DNA of 64,000 nt from an uncultured bacterium (GCA_963825135.1 CAWGRW010000009.1:704001-768000); one strand, 5' to 3'; shown: positions 19,947-30,074, counted from the stretch's first letter. Program-made: numbers and translations. Notes: a model not told the origin generated them from the sequence alone.

Positions 19947-21422
19947 TTGATAAAGGTTTTATTTATCGCGTCCGAGATGGAGCCCCTGGCCAAGACAGGC
20001 GGGCTTGCGGACGTCATCGGCGTGCTCCCGAAGAAATTGAACGACATCGGATGCGACGTCAGGGTCATCCTCCCGTATTACAGGGAGGTAAAACGAAACC
20101 TGAGACACCTGAAACTCAAATTTAAAAATTTGCCCCAGGAAGTGCTTGTGAGCATCGACTGGCTCGCATATAAGGGCACGATAAAAGAGACCACGGTTGA
20201 AGGAGTAACTGTTTACCTGCTGTGTAACGACGAGTTCTATGACCGCGAGGCCCTCTACACCACGCCTAACGGCGACTATCAGGACAACGACCGGCGGTTC
20301 GGATTCTTCTCCCTGGGCGCGCTTGAAATCGCGAAGGCTCTCAATTTCAAGCCGGACATCATCCACTGTAACGACTGGCAGTCCGCGATGGCCCCGATCG
20401 CGCTGAGGTGGAAAAAACACTATAACAACGACCCCTTCTTCTATGACTCGAAAATTGTTTTCACTATTCACAATATCGCATACCAGGGTGTTTACAGCCG
20501 GGACATCCTCGACAAGTTCGGGCTCAGCCACTCGCTATTCAATACGGAGCATCTCGAATTCTACGGAAGGGTCAACCTCCTGAAGGGTGGGATCATTACA
20601 TCCGATCTGGTTACCACGGTGAGTCCGACTTACGCGAAGGAGATAAGAACGAGGGAATACGGGTATGGCCTCGACGGGGTGCTGCGTGCAATTTCGAACG
20701 AAGGAAGGCTGGCCGGAATCCTGAACGGAATAGATGATGACGATTGGGACCCCGAAAAAGACAAGCAGCTCTTTTATAATTACGGCCCTGATGATCTGGA
20801 CGGGAAATTTCAGAACAAGTCGAAGCTCAAGAGCCTCCTGGGTTTCGAGGCCAACGGACATAAACCGCTTATAGGAGTGATCTCGCGCCTGGCCCTTCAA
20901 AAGGGGGTCGACCTCGTGGTAAGGTCCCTCAACAGCATACTCGACCTGGACGTTGACCTCGTAGTTCTCGGCAGGGGCGACAAGAGATATGAAAAATTAC
21001 TCAAAGACGTTTCCGCTGATTATCGGGGCAATTTCAAGGCTATCGTAGGATACGACGAATCCAAGGCCAGACGCATCTATTCAGGGTGCGATATGTTTTT
21101 AATGCCGTCGAGGTTCGAGCCCTGCGGGCTCGGCCAGATGATTTCACTCAGATACGGGACGATACCTATCGTGAGGGGGACAGGCGGGCTACTCGACACG
21201 ATTACCGATTACACGGAGAACACGGAGTCGGGAAACGGCTTCATTTTCAAGCGTTTTAACGAAGACGATATGATAGATTCGATAGAACGGGCATTACGCG
21301 TATACAGAAACCGCGATGAGTGGCGGCAATTGATAAAAACGGGCATGACGATGGATTTTTCATGGAACAAATCGAGCAGGGTCTACCTCAGACACTACAA
21401 GTCGCTTCTCGGAAAGTCATAA
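19947..21422 (+). CDS. glgA: Glycogen synthase (GT5)
   Basis: KTGGLADV, IHCNDWQ, TIHNIAYQG, PSRFEPCGLGQ, TGGLLDT. Confidence 0.96.
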   Translation: MIKVLFIASEMEPLAKTGGLADVIGVLPKKLNDIGCDVRVILPYYREVKRNLRHLKLKFKNLPQEVLVSIDWLAYKGTIKETTVEGVTVYLLCNDEFYDREALYTTPNGDYQDNDRRFGFFSLGALEIAKALNFKPDIIHCNDWQSAMAPIALRWKKHYNNDPFFYDSKIVFTIHNIAYQGVYSRDILDKFGLSHSLFNTEHLEFYGRVNLLKGGIITSDLVTTVSPTYAKEIRTREYGYGLDGVLRAISNEGRLAGILNGIDDDDWDPEKDKQLFYNYGPDDLDGKFQNKSKLKSLLGFEANGHKPLIGVISRLALQKGVDLVVRSLNSILDLDVDLVVLGRGDKRYEKLLKDVSADYRGNFKAIVGYDESKARRIYSGCDMFLMPSRFEPCGLGQMISLRYGTIPIVRGTGGLLDTITDYTENTESGNGFIFKRFNEDDMIDSIERALRVYRNRDEWRQLIKTGMTMDFSWNKSSRVYLRHYKSLLGKS

Positions 21423-21608
21423 CAGTCACGGAAAAAAAGGTATTAATCTTTCAGGAGCCGGATACCTTCCCGGCTCTTATCAGCTTCGAACTATCCGTAT
21501 ATCATTATCCCCGAGTAAAGTGATTAGAAGCACCTCCCGCTCATTCGAGCATCAATCTCATCAACATAAATCACTTACTCGAAATGATGCTATATTGGAT
21601 TAACGACC

Positions 21609-23876
21609 GTGAACCCGATTAATCATACGTCAGACGGCAAGAGTCCCGGTCCGGAACGGGAAGAAGAGCGGAGTATAGGATTCTTCGGCACCGTCGGTAT
21701 CGGCGTAGGCGCGATCGTAGGGGGAGGCATACTTGCACTCGCGGGCACCGCGTTCGCGGTCACGGGTCCGAGCGCGATTCTCGCTTTCGCTCTTAACGGA
21801 GTAATCGCTATAATAACCGCGCTCAGTTTCGCCGAGCTGTCAGCGGCGTTTCCCGAATCGGGGGGAACATACGTTTTCTCGAAGAAAGTATTGTCTATCA
21901 GGGCCGCCTTCGCGGTAGGATGGATTGTCTGGTTCGCTTCCATTATCGCCGCCGTCCTTTATGCCGTCGGGGCCGGCTATTTTATAGGAATCCTCATCGA
22001 GAGACTGGTCCCCTGGATTCCGGGTCTCGGGTCAGGCCGGATAAGGGCCGACCGGATTGCGGACGGGCTTGCGGCCATCGCCATAGTCTATTACACGCTT
22101 AGCCTCGTATTTAAAAAGGGCGGCGGCAGCGGCTTGGCGAATATAGGAAAGATCGCGGCGTTCTCGATACTTATCGCTGCCGGTCTCACCGCCCTGACAA
22201 GGGAGTCGGCCGCCGGCATCAAAAGAGACTTCACCCCTTTTTTCGCGTTCGGCGCCTTTGGCTTATTCCAGGCCATGGGGTACACGTTTATCACGCTCCA
22301 GGGGTTCGACCTCATAGCGGCGGTCGCGGGGGAGGTTAAAAACCCCGGGAAAACGATTCCGAGGGCTATGATAATCTCTCTGATTATCGCCCTCGTGATT
22401 TATATACCCCTGATCTTTATCATTACGGTCGCCGGTACCAGGACGGGGGAGTCGATAACCGCTCTGAGCATCGCCGATCCTGAAGCCGTCATCGCCACAT
22501 CCGCGGAAACGTATCTCGGGAAGTCCGGTTACTGGATAGTTATAGCCGCGGCGATACTGTCGATGCTCTCCGCCCTGTACGCCAATTTACTCGCCGCATC
22601 GCGCGTCGCTCAGAGCATGGCGAGGGACAGGACCCTTCCGCGTGTCCTCGAAAGGGTCAATGAAAAACTCGGAACCCCGGTCAACTCACTGCTTCTTACG
22701 GCGGCTATAATACTGATCATCGTATTTGCCGTCCCCGACATAGGCTCCGCCGGGGCCGCCGCGAGCCTGATATTCCTCATCACGTTCGCGCTCGCCCAAT
22801 GGATATCCATACTGGCAAGAAAGAGGAGGGGCGCCCGACCGGGGTCGTTCCGAATCCCTCTATATCCCTATATTCCCGTTTTGGGAATTGCAGCATGTTT
22901 GGCGCTCGCCGTTTTTCAGGGAGTCAGGGTGCCGGCAGCAGGGCTCATCGCGGTCGCGTGGCTCGCCGCCGGAGGGTGTTTGTATGTGGTACTCTTCGGC
23001 AGGAGCGCCCGGATTTTCGACGCTTCATCGGAAGGCTTCGATCCCGAGCTGATGAGGCTCAGGGGGAGAAACCCCCTCGTGCTGGTCCCGGTAGCGAACC
23101 CGGAGAACGCCGCCTCGATGGTAACCGTCGCGGGCGCTCTTGCCCCGCCAGAGACCGGAAGGGTGCTCCTGCTTTCGGTAGTGCTCACGAAGAGCGGGCC
23201 CGAGACAGGACGGGACCAGGATCTGGTACTGAATTCGCAGCAGGTACTGAGGGGGGCGATATCAGCCTCGCTAAATATCGGATTATATCCCGAGGCGTTA
23301 ATTACCATGGCCGAGAAGCCCTGGCCCGAAATCATACGCGTATCCGAGACCCACAAGTGCGAAAGCCTGCTCCTCGGCTTAACACAATTTACCGAAGGGG
23401 ACACAGAGAGGAACCTCGAAATGCTCCTCAATAGCGTCGACAGCGACGTGGTCATACTCCGCGCTCCGGGCGATTGGCAAATGCATGACCTGAGACGAAT
23501 CCTCGTCCCCGTCGGAGGAAGGGGCGGCCACGGGGAACTCCTGGCCAGGCTTCTGGGAAGCATATGCAGAACCGGCAGCCCGGAAATCGCCTTTCTCAGG
23601 GTATTACCGGAAGACGCTGACTGGAGATCATGCGATAGAGCGCGAAAGGAGCTGTTCCTCTACGCGGCCGACCAGGCGGTAAAGGGAGAGATCAAGGTGC
23701 AGGTCGAGAAATCAGACGATATCGGGGCTCACATTGTCAGCCGGGCGAGAGAGAGCGATCTCGTAATACTCGGTATCCAGAGACTCGGAAGGCGGCAAAA
23801 ATCATTGGGGGGACTGACGCTCAGGATAGCCCGCGAGACTGAACAACCGCTCCTGATGATCAGCAGAAGGAATTGA
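21609..23876 (+). CDS. APC-family amino acid permease fused to C-terminal USP-like domains
   Basis: GAIVGGGI, FAELSAAFPESGG, GEVKNPGKTIPRA; C-terminal VLVPVANP, ILVPVGG and SDLVILG USP-like repeats. Confidence 0.88.
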   Translation: MNPINHTSDGKSPGPEREEERSIGFFGTVGIGVGAIVGGGILALAGTAFAVTGPSAILAFALNGVIAIITALSFAELSAAFPESGGTYVFSKKVLSIRAAFAVGWIVWFASIIAAVLYAVGAGYFIGILIERLVPWIPGLGSGRIRADRIADGLAAIAIVYYTLSLVFKKGGGSGLANIGKIAAFSILIAAGLTALTRESAAGIKRDFTPFFAFGAFGLFQAMGYTFITLQGFDLIAAVAGEVKNPGKTIPRAMIISLIIALVIYIPLIFIITVAGTRTGESITALSIADPEAVIATSAETYLGKSGYWIVIAAAILSMLSALYANLLAASRVAQSMARDRTLPRVLERVNEKLGTPVNSLLLTAAIILIIVFAVPDIGSAGAAASLIFLITFALAQWISILARKRRGARPGSFRIPLYPYIPVLGIAACLALAVFQGVRVPAAGLIAVAWLAAGGCLYVVLFGRSARIFDASSEGFDPELMRLRGRNPLVLVPVANPENAASMVTVAGALAPPETGRVLLLSVVLTKSGPETGRDQDLVLNSQQVLRGAISASLNIGLYPEALITMAEKPWPEIIRVSETHKCESLLLGLTQFTEGDTERNLEMLLNSVDSDVVILRAPGDWQMHDLRRILVPVGGRGGHGELLARLLGSICRTGSPEIAFLRVLPEDADWRSCDRARKELFLYAADQAVKGEIKVQVEKSDDIGAHIVSRARESDLVILGIQRLGRRQKSLGGLTLRIARETEQPLLMISRRN

Positions 23877-24098
23877 GCCTTGCAAGCCGGCGCGAACGGT
23901 TCTTCAAGGCTGCATGCGAAAATCCGGCCCGTGAACCCGTAACGTGCCTTAATCATTAACATAACAGCCAAAAACGACGGTATGGAGCGGGAATTGATTT
24001 CTTCGGCCTAAGGACCCCGGCCGCCCTGAAAATTCGAGCGGGGATATCGATTCATTCCTGGACCCGTGAACGCTCTGAAAACCTAGTCCCGAGCCTAT

Positions 24099-24137
24099 TG
24101 TGTAAATGCGCACAGTCCGGGAGTGTAATTTCACACA
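24099..24137. promoter_or_regulatory. Tandem enhancer (UAS)-like sites for a sigma54 activator
   Basis: TGT-GTAAATGCGC-ACA (24099-24114) and AGT-GTAATTTCAC-ACA (24122-24137), 23 bp apart, 70-110 bp upstream of a -24 box. Confidence 0.55.
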
Positions 24138-24208
24138 AGTGTGTATAAAATTTGCCTGTCGAGCGGCGTAACCAACTGTAATTATGGACTTATGTTATTG
24201 CCTTGAAA

Positions 24209-24224
24209 TGGCATAAAATTTGCA
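24209..24224 (+). promoter_or_regulatory. sigma54 (-24/-12) promoter for the GT2 gene
   Basis: TGGCAT-AAAAT-TTGCA in an AT-rich intergenic region. Confidence 0.8.
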
Positions 24225-24487
24225 TTATTTTAGAAGCAAATGCAAATAAAGGTGCAGAAATTCGAGGTTGCATCGTTCAAGTTCAAGGCTTCGGCCGTTA
24301 AGAGGCATTGGTTATCGTCCCTTCCCTGAAAAGCGGTCAAATAAACGACCGTGTTACCGCATTAAGCCAATTTCTGTTTTATAACAGCAACAAAAGCGGG
24401 TTGATTGAGATTCGGCGGTCAAAGCGATGGGAAGTTTACACGCAAATCAAAATAATTTTCAGGTTCTGAAAGGAGGATCGTAATCAG

Positions 24488-26395
24488 ATGTTTAATTTTG
24501 GTGAGTTAATTACTGCGGGGTATATATATTCGGCCGTCAGTTTTGCGCTTTCGGTATTACTGATAACCGTAAAAAACCTTATAGGCAAAGACAAACATTA
24601 CTACAGTCTAATAGAGTATTTAAACGTCAATATCGTCGCTGCCCTGATAATATGGCTTCTGGGATATTCCTTGCCCGAGGTTATTATCCTCTCGGCGCTG
24701 GTCGTTGCGACGATGATTATAGCCCACAAGGCCCTTAAGAATTTCACTATAGCGGGACGGCTGCTCCTCGTAACGTACGCCCTCTTTACGCTCTTCGGTA
24801 TGATCTGGGGATTCTGGTTCATAACATCGATAGACGTAACCACCGTTACGCGTGTGCTGATGTACATCGGGTACCCGATCCTGTTCATGACCCTGTTCGG
24901 CGGGATAATCACGGCGTTCGAGCAGTGGGAAGTGCTGGGAAAGGTAAAGTGGGAAAGGCCCAACGCCCCGCTTCCCGCAGGACTGCTGAAAAATTTCCCG
25001 AGGGTGTGTCTCCAGGTGCCGGCTTATTCCGAGCCGCCCGATGTTGTCATAGGCACGCTCGACAGCATAGCGAAGCTCGACTATCCGAATTTCGAAGTAA
25101 TGGTCATCGATAATAACACCAAGGACCCCAACCTCTGGAAACCGGTCGAGGCGCACTGCGCCAAACTGGGGGAGCGGTTCAGGTTCTTCCACGTAGACCC
25201 GATAAAAGGCGCAAAAGCGGGCGCGCTGAACTTCGCGCTCAGGCACACACATTCCGACGTGGAGATCATCGGCGTTGTCGACAGCGACTACCAGGTCGAG
25301 CCCGATTTCCTCGACCGGCTCGTCGGCTACTTTGAAGACCCCAAGATAGGGTTCGTCCAGTCCCCTCACGATTACAGGGAGTGGGGGCAGAACCTTTTTC
25401 TGAAGATGTGCTACTGGGAATATAAATACTTCTTCGAGACGATCATGCCGAGTCTCAACGAGCGGGATGCGACCCTCACGGTCGGAACGATGTGCCTCAT
25501 CAGGAAAAAAGCGCTCGAAGACGCGGGCGGCTGGTCGGAATGGTGCCAGACGGAAGACTCGGAGCTGTCGATACGCATCCACGCGGCGGGCTATTCCTCG
25601 GTGTACACGAACGAAACGTTCGGCCGGGGACTCATACCCGAAACTTTCCTCGGTTACAAAAAGCAGCGCTTCAGATGGACATTCGGACCTGTGCAGGAAT
25701 TAAAGCACCATTTCAAGCTCTATCTTCCGAAGTTCTTGGCGAAGCCGTCGGCCATGACAAGGCTCCAGAAGGTACATCATCTGAACCACGGGTTCGGATA
25801 CCTGAACCTCGGTATCGGCTCCCTTTTTATACCCTTCGGACTGGCCGCCATGGTATCGATAGTGCTTAACCATGAAGTCATAGCTGTCCCGAAGGCCATG
25901 TGGATAACCTCGCTCGTCGTACTCGTTTGCGGATTCACGCTCAGGTGGCTCACGTACCATGTGTACCTCAAGTGCTCGCTCAAGGACACGATAGGCGCGT
26001 TTATCGCTAACAGCGCGCTCACCCATACGTATATCGTCGCGAGCATTATGTGCATGTTTAAAAATGAGATAGCCTGGCAGAGGACGAACAAATTCAAATC
26101 CCTTCCCCTGGGATTGGGGGCCATAAGCTCTGTGCAGACCGAAACGATCATCGGTCTGTTGATTCTCGCGCTGGGGAGCGTTTCATTCCTCCTGCTGCCT
26201 GGCCTAGGCCTGCACTTCATGCTCGCCTCCGTGATGATGCTCAAGGGGTTCGAGTACCTAGCAGCGCCGGCCATGGCGCTACTCGCCGAACACGAATTGC
26301 AGAAATCCCGGGAATCGGAGCGCTTCGTCACAAAACCCGTTCCGAGCGGAAGCCCGAGTCAGTATCAGCCGATTAAGAGGAACATAACGAAATAG
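24488..26395 (+). CDS. Multi-pass membrane GT2 processive glycosyltransferase (NdvB/cellulose-synthase-like glucan synthase)
   Basis: PAYSEPP, IDNNT, KAGALN, VDSDY, FVQSPHDY, TEDSEL, QRFRW; TM helices on both sides; AGGAGG SD. Confidence 0.9.
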   Translation: MFNFGELITAGYIYSAVSFALSVLLITVKNLIGKDKHYYSLIEYLNVNIVAALIIWLLGYSLPEVIILSALVVATMIIAHKALKNFTIAGRLLLVTYALFTLFGMIWGFWFITSIDVTTVTRVLMYIGYPILFMTLFGGIITAFEQWEVLGKVKWERPNAPLPAGLLKNFPRVCLQVPAYSEPPDVVIGTLDSIAKLDYPNFEVMVIDNNTKDPNLWKPVEAHCAKLGERFRFFHVDPIKGAKAGALNFALRHTHSDVEIIGVVDSDYQVEPDFLDRLVGYFEDPKIGFVQSPHDYREWGQNLFLKMCYWEYKYFFETIMPSLNERDATLTVGTMCLIRKKALEDAGGWSEWCQTEDSELSIRIHAAGYSSVYTNETFGRGLIPETFLGYKKQRFRWTFGPVQELKHHFKLYLPKFLAKPSAMTRLQKVHHLNHGFGYLNLGIGSLFIPFGLAAMVSIVLNHEVIAVPKAMWITSLVVLVCGFTLRWLTYHVYLKCSLKDTIGAFIANSALTHTYIVASIMCMFKNEIAWQRTNKFKSLPLGLGAISSVQTETIIGLLILALGSVSFLLLPGLGLHFMLASVMMLKGFEYLAAPAMALLAEHELQKSRESERFVTKPVPSGSPSQYQPIKRNITK

Positions 26396-26435
26396 GGCGC
26401 TATATTTAAATTTTTGACGACAATTATATTCAGAT

Positions 26436-26476
26436 GCGGATGGCGTGTTGTCCCCGACCCGCCATCCGCTTTTTTT
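26436..26476 (+). terminator. Intrinsic terminator after the GT2 gene
   Basis: GCGGATGGCG...CGCCATCCGC followed by a T-run. Confidence 0.85.
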
Positions 26477-26608
26477 CGCAATCAACAAACTTTCCCGGCA
26501 ATGAACCCGGCGGTTATTGAACTGCGGGAACTGAAAGGTTTTAGAATACGCCGTCAGGGGGAGGCCGCCGGCAGTTTCACTCATTTCCGGCGCCGATCAA
26601 TAGCCCTG

Positions 26609-27202
26609 TTAACAGGCTACTAAGAATATCCCCGTCTGCGCGAACAAGTTGGGAAGGAGCCTGATACGCTTGTCGTCGCTGATATACATTGCCCTCTCGA
26701 TGCCGACGTTCTTTAGCCGGCAATAATCGATAAAATCGGTAACGCTAAGGAAATGGAGGTTCGGCGTTTCGTACCACTGATATGGAAGCGCGCCCGTTAC
26801 GGGGGTCCTTCCCCCGAAGAATATCTGCAAGCGGGACTTGTAATACGCGAAATTTGAAAAGCTTATAATGACCTTCCTGCCCACTCTCAAAGCGTCCATC
26901 AGCACCGAATCCGGGCGCTTGATCTGCTGAAGGCTCTGGTTCAGAATCACGTAATCGAAGGATTTATCCTCGTATTCGGCCAAACCGCTGTCTATATCCC
27001 CGTGTATGACGTTAAGGCCCTTCGCCACGCATGCATAAATAGCCTGATCGTCTATTTCCAAACCCTGACCGTGCACGCTTCTTTCCTTAATCAGGAGGGA
27101 AAGAAGGTCTCCCTCGCCGCACCCGAGCTCGAGCACGGTGGACCGGGGCTTAACCAGCTTTAATATGGCTTTGTGGTCGAAGCGGACATTAACGTATGTC
27201 AT
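26609..27202 (-). CDS. metW: Methionine biosynthesis protein MetW
   Basis: VLELGCGEG, FDYVILNQSLQ, LPYQWYETPNLHF; follows metX. Confidence 0.93.
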   Translation of the reverse strand: MTYVNVRFDHKAILKLVKPRSTVLELGCGEGDLLSLLIKERSVHGQGLEIDDQAIYACVAKGLNVIHGDIDSGLAEYEDKSFDYVILNQSLQQIKRPDSVLMDALRVGRKVIISFSNFAYYKSRLQIFFGGRTPVTGALPYQWYETPNLHFLSVTDFIDYCRLKNVGIERAMYISDDKRIRLLPNLFAQTGIFLVAC

Positions 27203-27206
27203 AATC

Positions 27207-28352
27207 TCAGGCTGTCTCGTATTCGTGGAATACTTTTTTTAAAAAGTGCGAGATCAGATGTGTTTCCTCTTCGATCTCCAGTAAGAACGCGTCGTGACCG
27301 TAAGTGGAATCCACTTCGCAGTAGGTCGTCTCGATCCCCGAGCGCTTGCACGCCTTAACTATTTCCTTGGACTGGTAAGCCGGGTAGAGCCAGTCCGATT
27401 TAAACGCTATGACCAGCACCTTTGTCTTCTGGCCCTGTAGGGAGTCCTGAAGAGGCCTCAACTCGGTTACGTCGAAATTATCCATGGCTTTGGTGATGTA
27501 AAGGTAAGAGTTGGCGTCGAAACGTTTTACGAAGCTGTCTCCGCGGTAGCGGAGATAGCCCTCGACTTCGTAGTCCGCCGTGAACTTGAAGGGCTCGGTC
27601 CCGCCCTTCCTCTGTCTTCCGAATTTCTCTTCCATGGACATATCGCTCATGTACGTTATATGTCCTATCATCCTCGCTACCGCCAGCCCCTTCGCAGGGA
27701 GCGGCCCGCCGTAATAATTCCCTGAATTCCAGTGCGGGTCGGCCATTATCGCCTGCCTCCCCACTTCATTGAACGCTATCTGCTGAGGGCCGTGCTTTAT
27801 GGCCGTCGCTATGGGGATTGCGCTCCTGATCCTGTCCGGATACCTTACGAGCCAGGAGAGCGCCAGCATGCCGCCCATAGATCCTCCCACCGCCGTAAGC
27901 AGCTTATCGATACCCATATGGTCTATGAGGCGCTTCTGGGCATCCACCATATCGTTGATCGTGACAATCGGGAAATCGAGGGCATAGTGCCTGCCGGTCG
28001 CGGGATCTATGCTGGAGGGTCCGGTCGAACCCTTGCAGCCCCCGATGACATTCGTACTAATAACGAAGTATTTGTCCGTATCGAATGCCCTGCCCGGGCC
28101 GATCATGGAATCCCACCACCCGGGATTCTTCCGCTCTATATCGAGTCCGGCGGCGTGCGCATCACCGGAAAGGGCGTGGAGTATCATAACTGCGTTAGTT
28201 CTATTTTCTTTAAGAGTGCCGTAGGTCTCGTAGGCGAGCGTTACGTGCTCAAGCTTCTCCCCGCTCTCGAGTGTAAGGCTGTCAATAGTGTAGTACTGCG
28301 GCTCGACGACACCGACGCCCTCCTCGTGTTTATCGATTCTCTTTGTCTTCAC
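27207..28352 (-). CDS. metX: Homoserine O-acetyltransferase
   Basis: HALSGDAH, GWWDSMIGPG, GGSMGG, RFDANSY, GHDAFL. Confidence 0.95.
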   Translation of the reverse strand: MKTKRIDKHEEGVGVVEPQYYTIDSLTLESGEKLEHVTLAYETYGTLKENRTNAVMILHALSGDAHAAGLDIERKNPGWWDSMIGPGRAFDTDKYFVISTNVIGGCKGSTGPSSIDPATGRHYALDFPIVTINDMVDAQKRLIDHMGIDKLLTAVGGSMGGMLALSWLVRYPDRIRSAIPIATAIKHGPQQIAFNEVGRQAIMADPHWNSGNYYGGPLPAKGLAVARMIGHITYMSDMSMEEKFGRQRKGGTEPFKFTADYEVEGYLRYRGDSFVKRFDANSYLYITKAMDNFDVTELRPLQDSLQGQKTKVLVIAFKSDWLYPAYQSKEIVKACKRSGIETTYCEVDSTYGHDAFLLEIEEETHLISHFLKKVFHEYETA

Positions 28353-28406
28353 CCATTGACCTCTTTAACAGCCGGACAGCATAAATGACGCAGCGCCCCG
28401 CGTTGC

Positions 28407-29702
28407 TTATCCCGCCTTTGCGAGCGCCTGATCTATATCGGCGATAATGTCGTCGATGTGCTCGATGCCCACGGAGAGACGGACGAAGTCGGGGGTCACG
28501 CCGGTCGATAACTGCTCGTCCGGAGAGAGCTGCTGATGCGTGGTGGTCGCGGGATGTATCGCGAGCGTTTTCGTATCGCCCACGTTCGCCAGGTGCGAGA
28601 TCAGCTGAAGCGAGTCTATGAATTTCCGCCCCGCATCGAGCCCGCCTTTGATACCGAAGCCCAGTATCGCGCCCGCTCCCTTCGGAAGGTACTTTGCCAC
28701 CCTCTCCTTCTCGGGGCTGTCGTCGAGCCCCGGATAATTGACCCAGCTCACTTTCGGATGCTTCTTCAGATGCTTTGCCACCGCCAGCGCATTCTCCGAA
28801 TGGCGCGGCATACGGAGATGGAGCGTTTCGAGGCCCTGTAAAAACAGGAATGCGTTAAACGGCGACACGGCCATGCCGAGGTCCCTCAGCAGCGTTACGC
28901 GCGCTTTGATGATATAGGCGATATTCCCGAGGGGCTTCAAGGCCTCCACGAAATTGATCCCGTGATAGCTCGGGTCGGGTTCGGAAATGAGCGGGAATTT
29001 GCCGCTGTCCCATTCGAATTTGCCTGAATCGACTATCACGCCGCCTATGCTGGTCCCGTGGCCTCCTATGAATTTCGTCGCCGAATAAACCGTGATATCG
29101 ACGCCGAAATCAAACGGCCTCAATAAATAGGGGGATACCGTATTATCGAGAATGAACGGTATGCCGTTCTTATGGGCCACGCCCGATATCCCTTCGAGGT
29201 CAGCGATATCGAGCTTCGGATTTCCTATGGACTCCGCATAGATCGCTTTCGTTTTCGGCGTTATCGCCTTCTGAAAAGCCTTTAAGTCGTTAGACTTGAC
29301 GAACTTTACGGTTATTCCGAGACGCGGAAAGGTGTAATGGAAGAGATTATATGTTCCGCCGTACAGGTTATCCGCGGATACTATCTCATCGCCCGCCTGG
29401 GCGATGTTGAGGAGCGATATTGTCGTTGCCGATTGCCCGCTCGAAAGAGCGAGGGCCCCGACGCCGCCGTCCATGGCGGCTATACGTTTCTCGAAAGCAT
29501 CCTGCGTCGGGTTCATAATCCTGGTGTAGATGTTTCCGAACTCGCGGAGTCCGAAGAGATTTGCGGCGTGCTCGGTGCTCTTGAACTGAAACGAAGTAGT
29601 CTGATAAATAGGGAGCGCCCTCGCGCCTGTCGCGGGGTCGGGCTCCCACCCGCCGTGCAATGCGAGTGATTCCACTTTCAGCTGACTATCGATTTTACTC
29701 AT
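28407..29702 (-). CDS. metY: O-acetylhomoserine sulfhydrylase
   Basis: [28 protein letters not shown] (PLP lysine), [16 protein letters not shown]. Confidence 0.95.
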   Translation of the reverse strand: MSKIDSQLKVESLALHGGWEPDPATGARALPIYQTTSFQFKSTEHAANLFGLREFGNIYTRIMNPTQDAFEKRIAAMDGGVGALALSSGQSATTISLLNIAQAGDEIVSADNLYGGTYNLFHYTFPRLGITVKFVKSNDLKAFQKAITPKTKAIYAESIGNPKLDIADLEGISGVAHKNGIPFILDNTVSPYLLRPFDFGVDITVYSATKFIGGHGTSIGGVIVDSGKFEWDSGKFPLISEPDPSYHGINFVEALKPLGNIAYIIKARVTLLRDLGMAVSPFNAFLFLQGLETLHLRMPRHSENALAVAKHLKKHPKVSWVNYPGLDDSPEKERVAKYLPKGAGAILGFGIKGGLDAGRKFIDSLQLISHLANVGDTKTLAIHPATTTHQQLSPDEQLSTGVTPDFVRLSVGIEHIDDIIADIDQALAKAG

Positions 29703-29789
29703 CTCCGTAACTCCTATGGTCCGTTTTCTTTTTTTATCTTAATCGGGTTTGATAAAAATGTCGAGATGGTTTTACCGAGGTAATCATAA

Positions 29790-29805
29790 GGCAATCTCCG
29801 TGCCA
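29790..29805 (-). promoter_or_regulatory. sigma54 (-24/-12) promoter for metY-metX-metW
   Basis: Minus strand TGGCAC-GGAGA-TTGCC about 90 nt upstream of the metY ATG. Confidence 0.75.
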
Positions 29806-30030
29806 TCTGCTGCCAACTCATATAATTACAGGGGGTTATGATGAGGCAAAGCTTACTATCCCGCCTATATCCCGGATTTCCGGGATATTTAATCACCATC
29901 TGTATATTTATTATGCATTACCGTCGAGGGGAGCGCGGAAGCTCAAAACCGAGAATTATCCCGTCTCCGTGAAATCCGAATCCCGGAAGGTCGGGAGGTA
30001 TAAATACGGCGCACAAATTCCTGATTTTGC

Positions 30031-30074
30031 CGGCGGAGCCGAAGGGGTTTGAACCCTCGACTCCTTGAGTGCTA
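30031..30074 (-). repeat. Degenerate copy of the 3' half of tRNA-Ala(GGC), att-site-like
   Basis: Ungapped manual alignment to 38413-38456 gives 35/44 identity, from the anticodon loop to the 3' end, same orientation. Confidence 0.75.

Noticed and set aside
24240..24257. NtrC box (TGCA-AATAAAGG-TGCA) in the GT2 leader
   Set aside because: Spacing is N8 rather than the N9 of the NtrC consensus, and it lies downstream of the promoter
29703..29790. SAM-I riboswitch upstream of metY (TTATCAA...AAGATAA resembles P1)
   Set aside because: Only about 12 nt lie between the arms, with no kink-turn, GCAACC or P3/P4 elements; it is just an AT-rich hairpin
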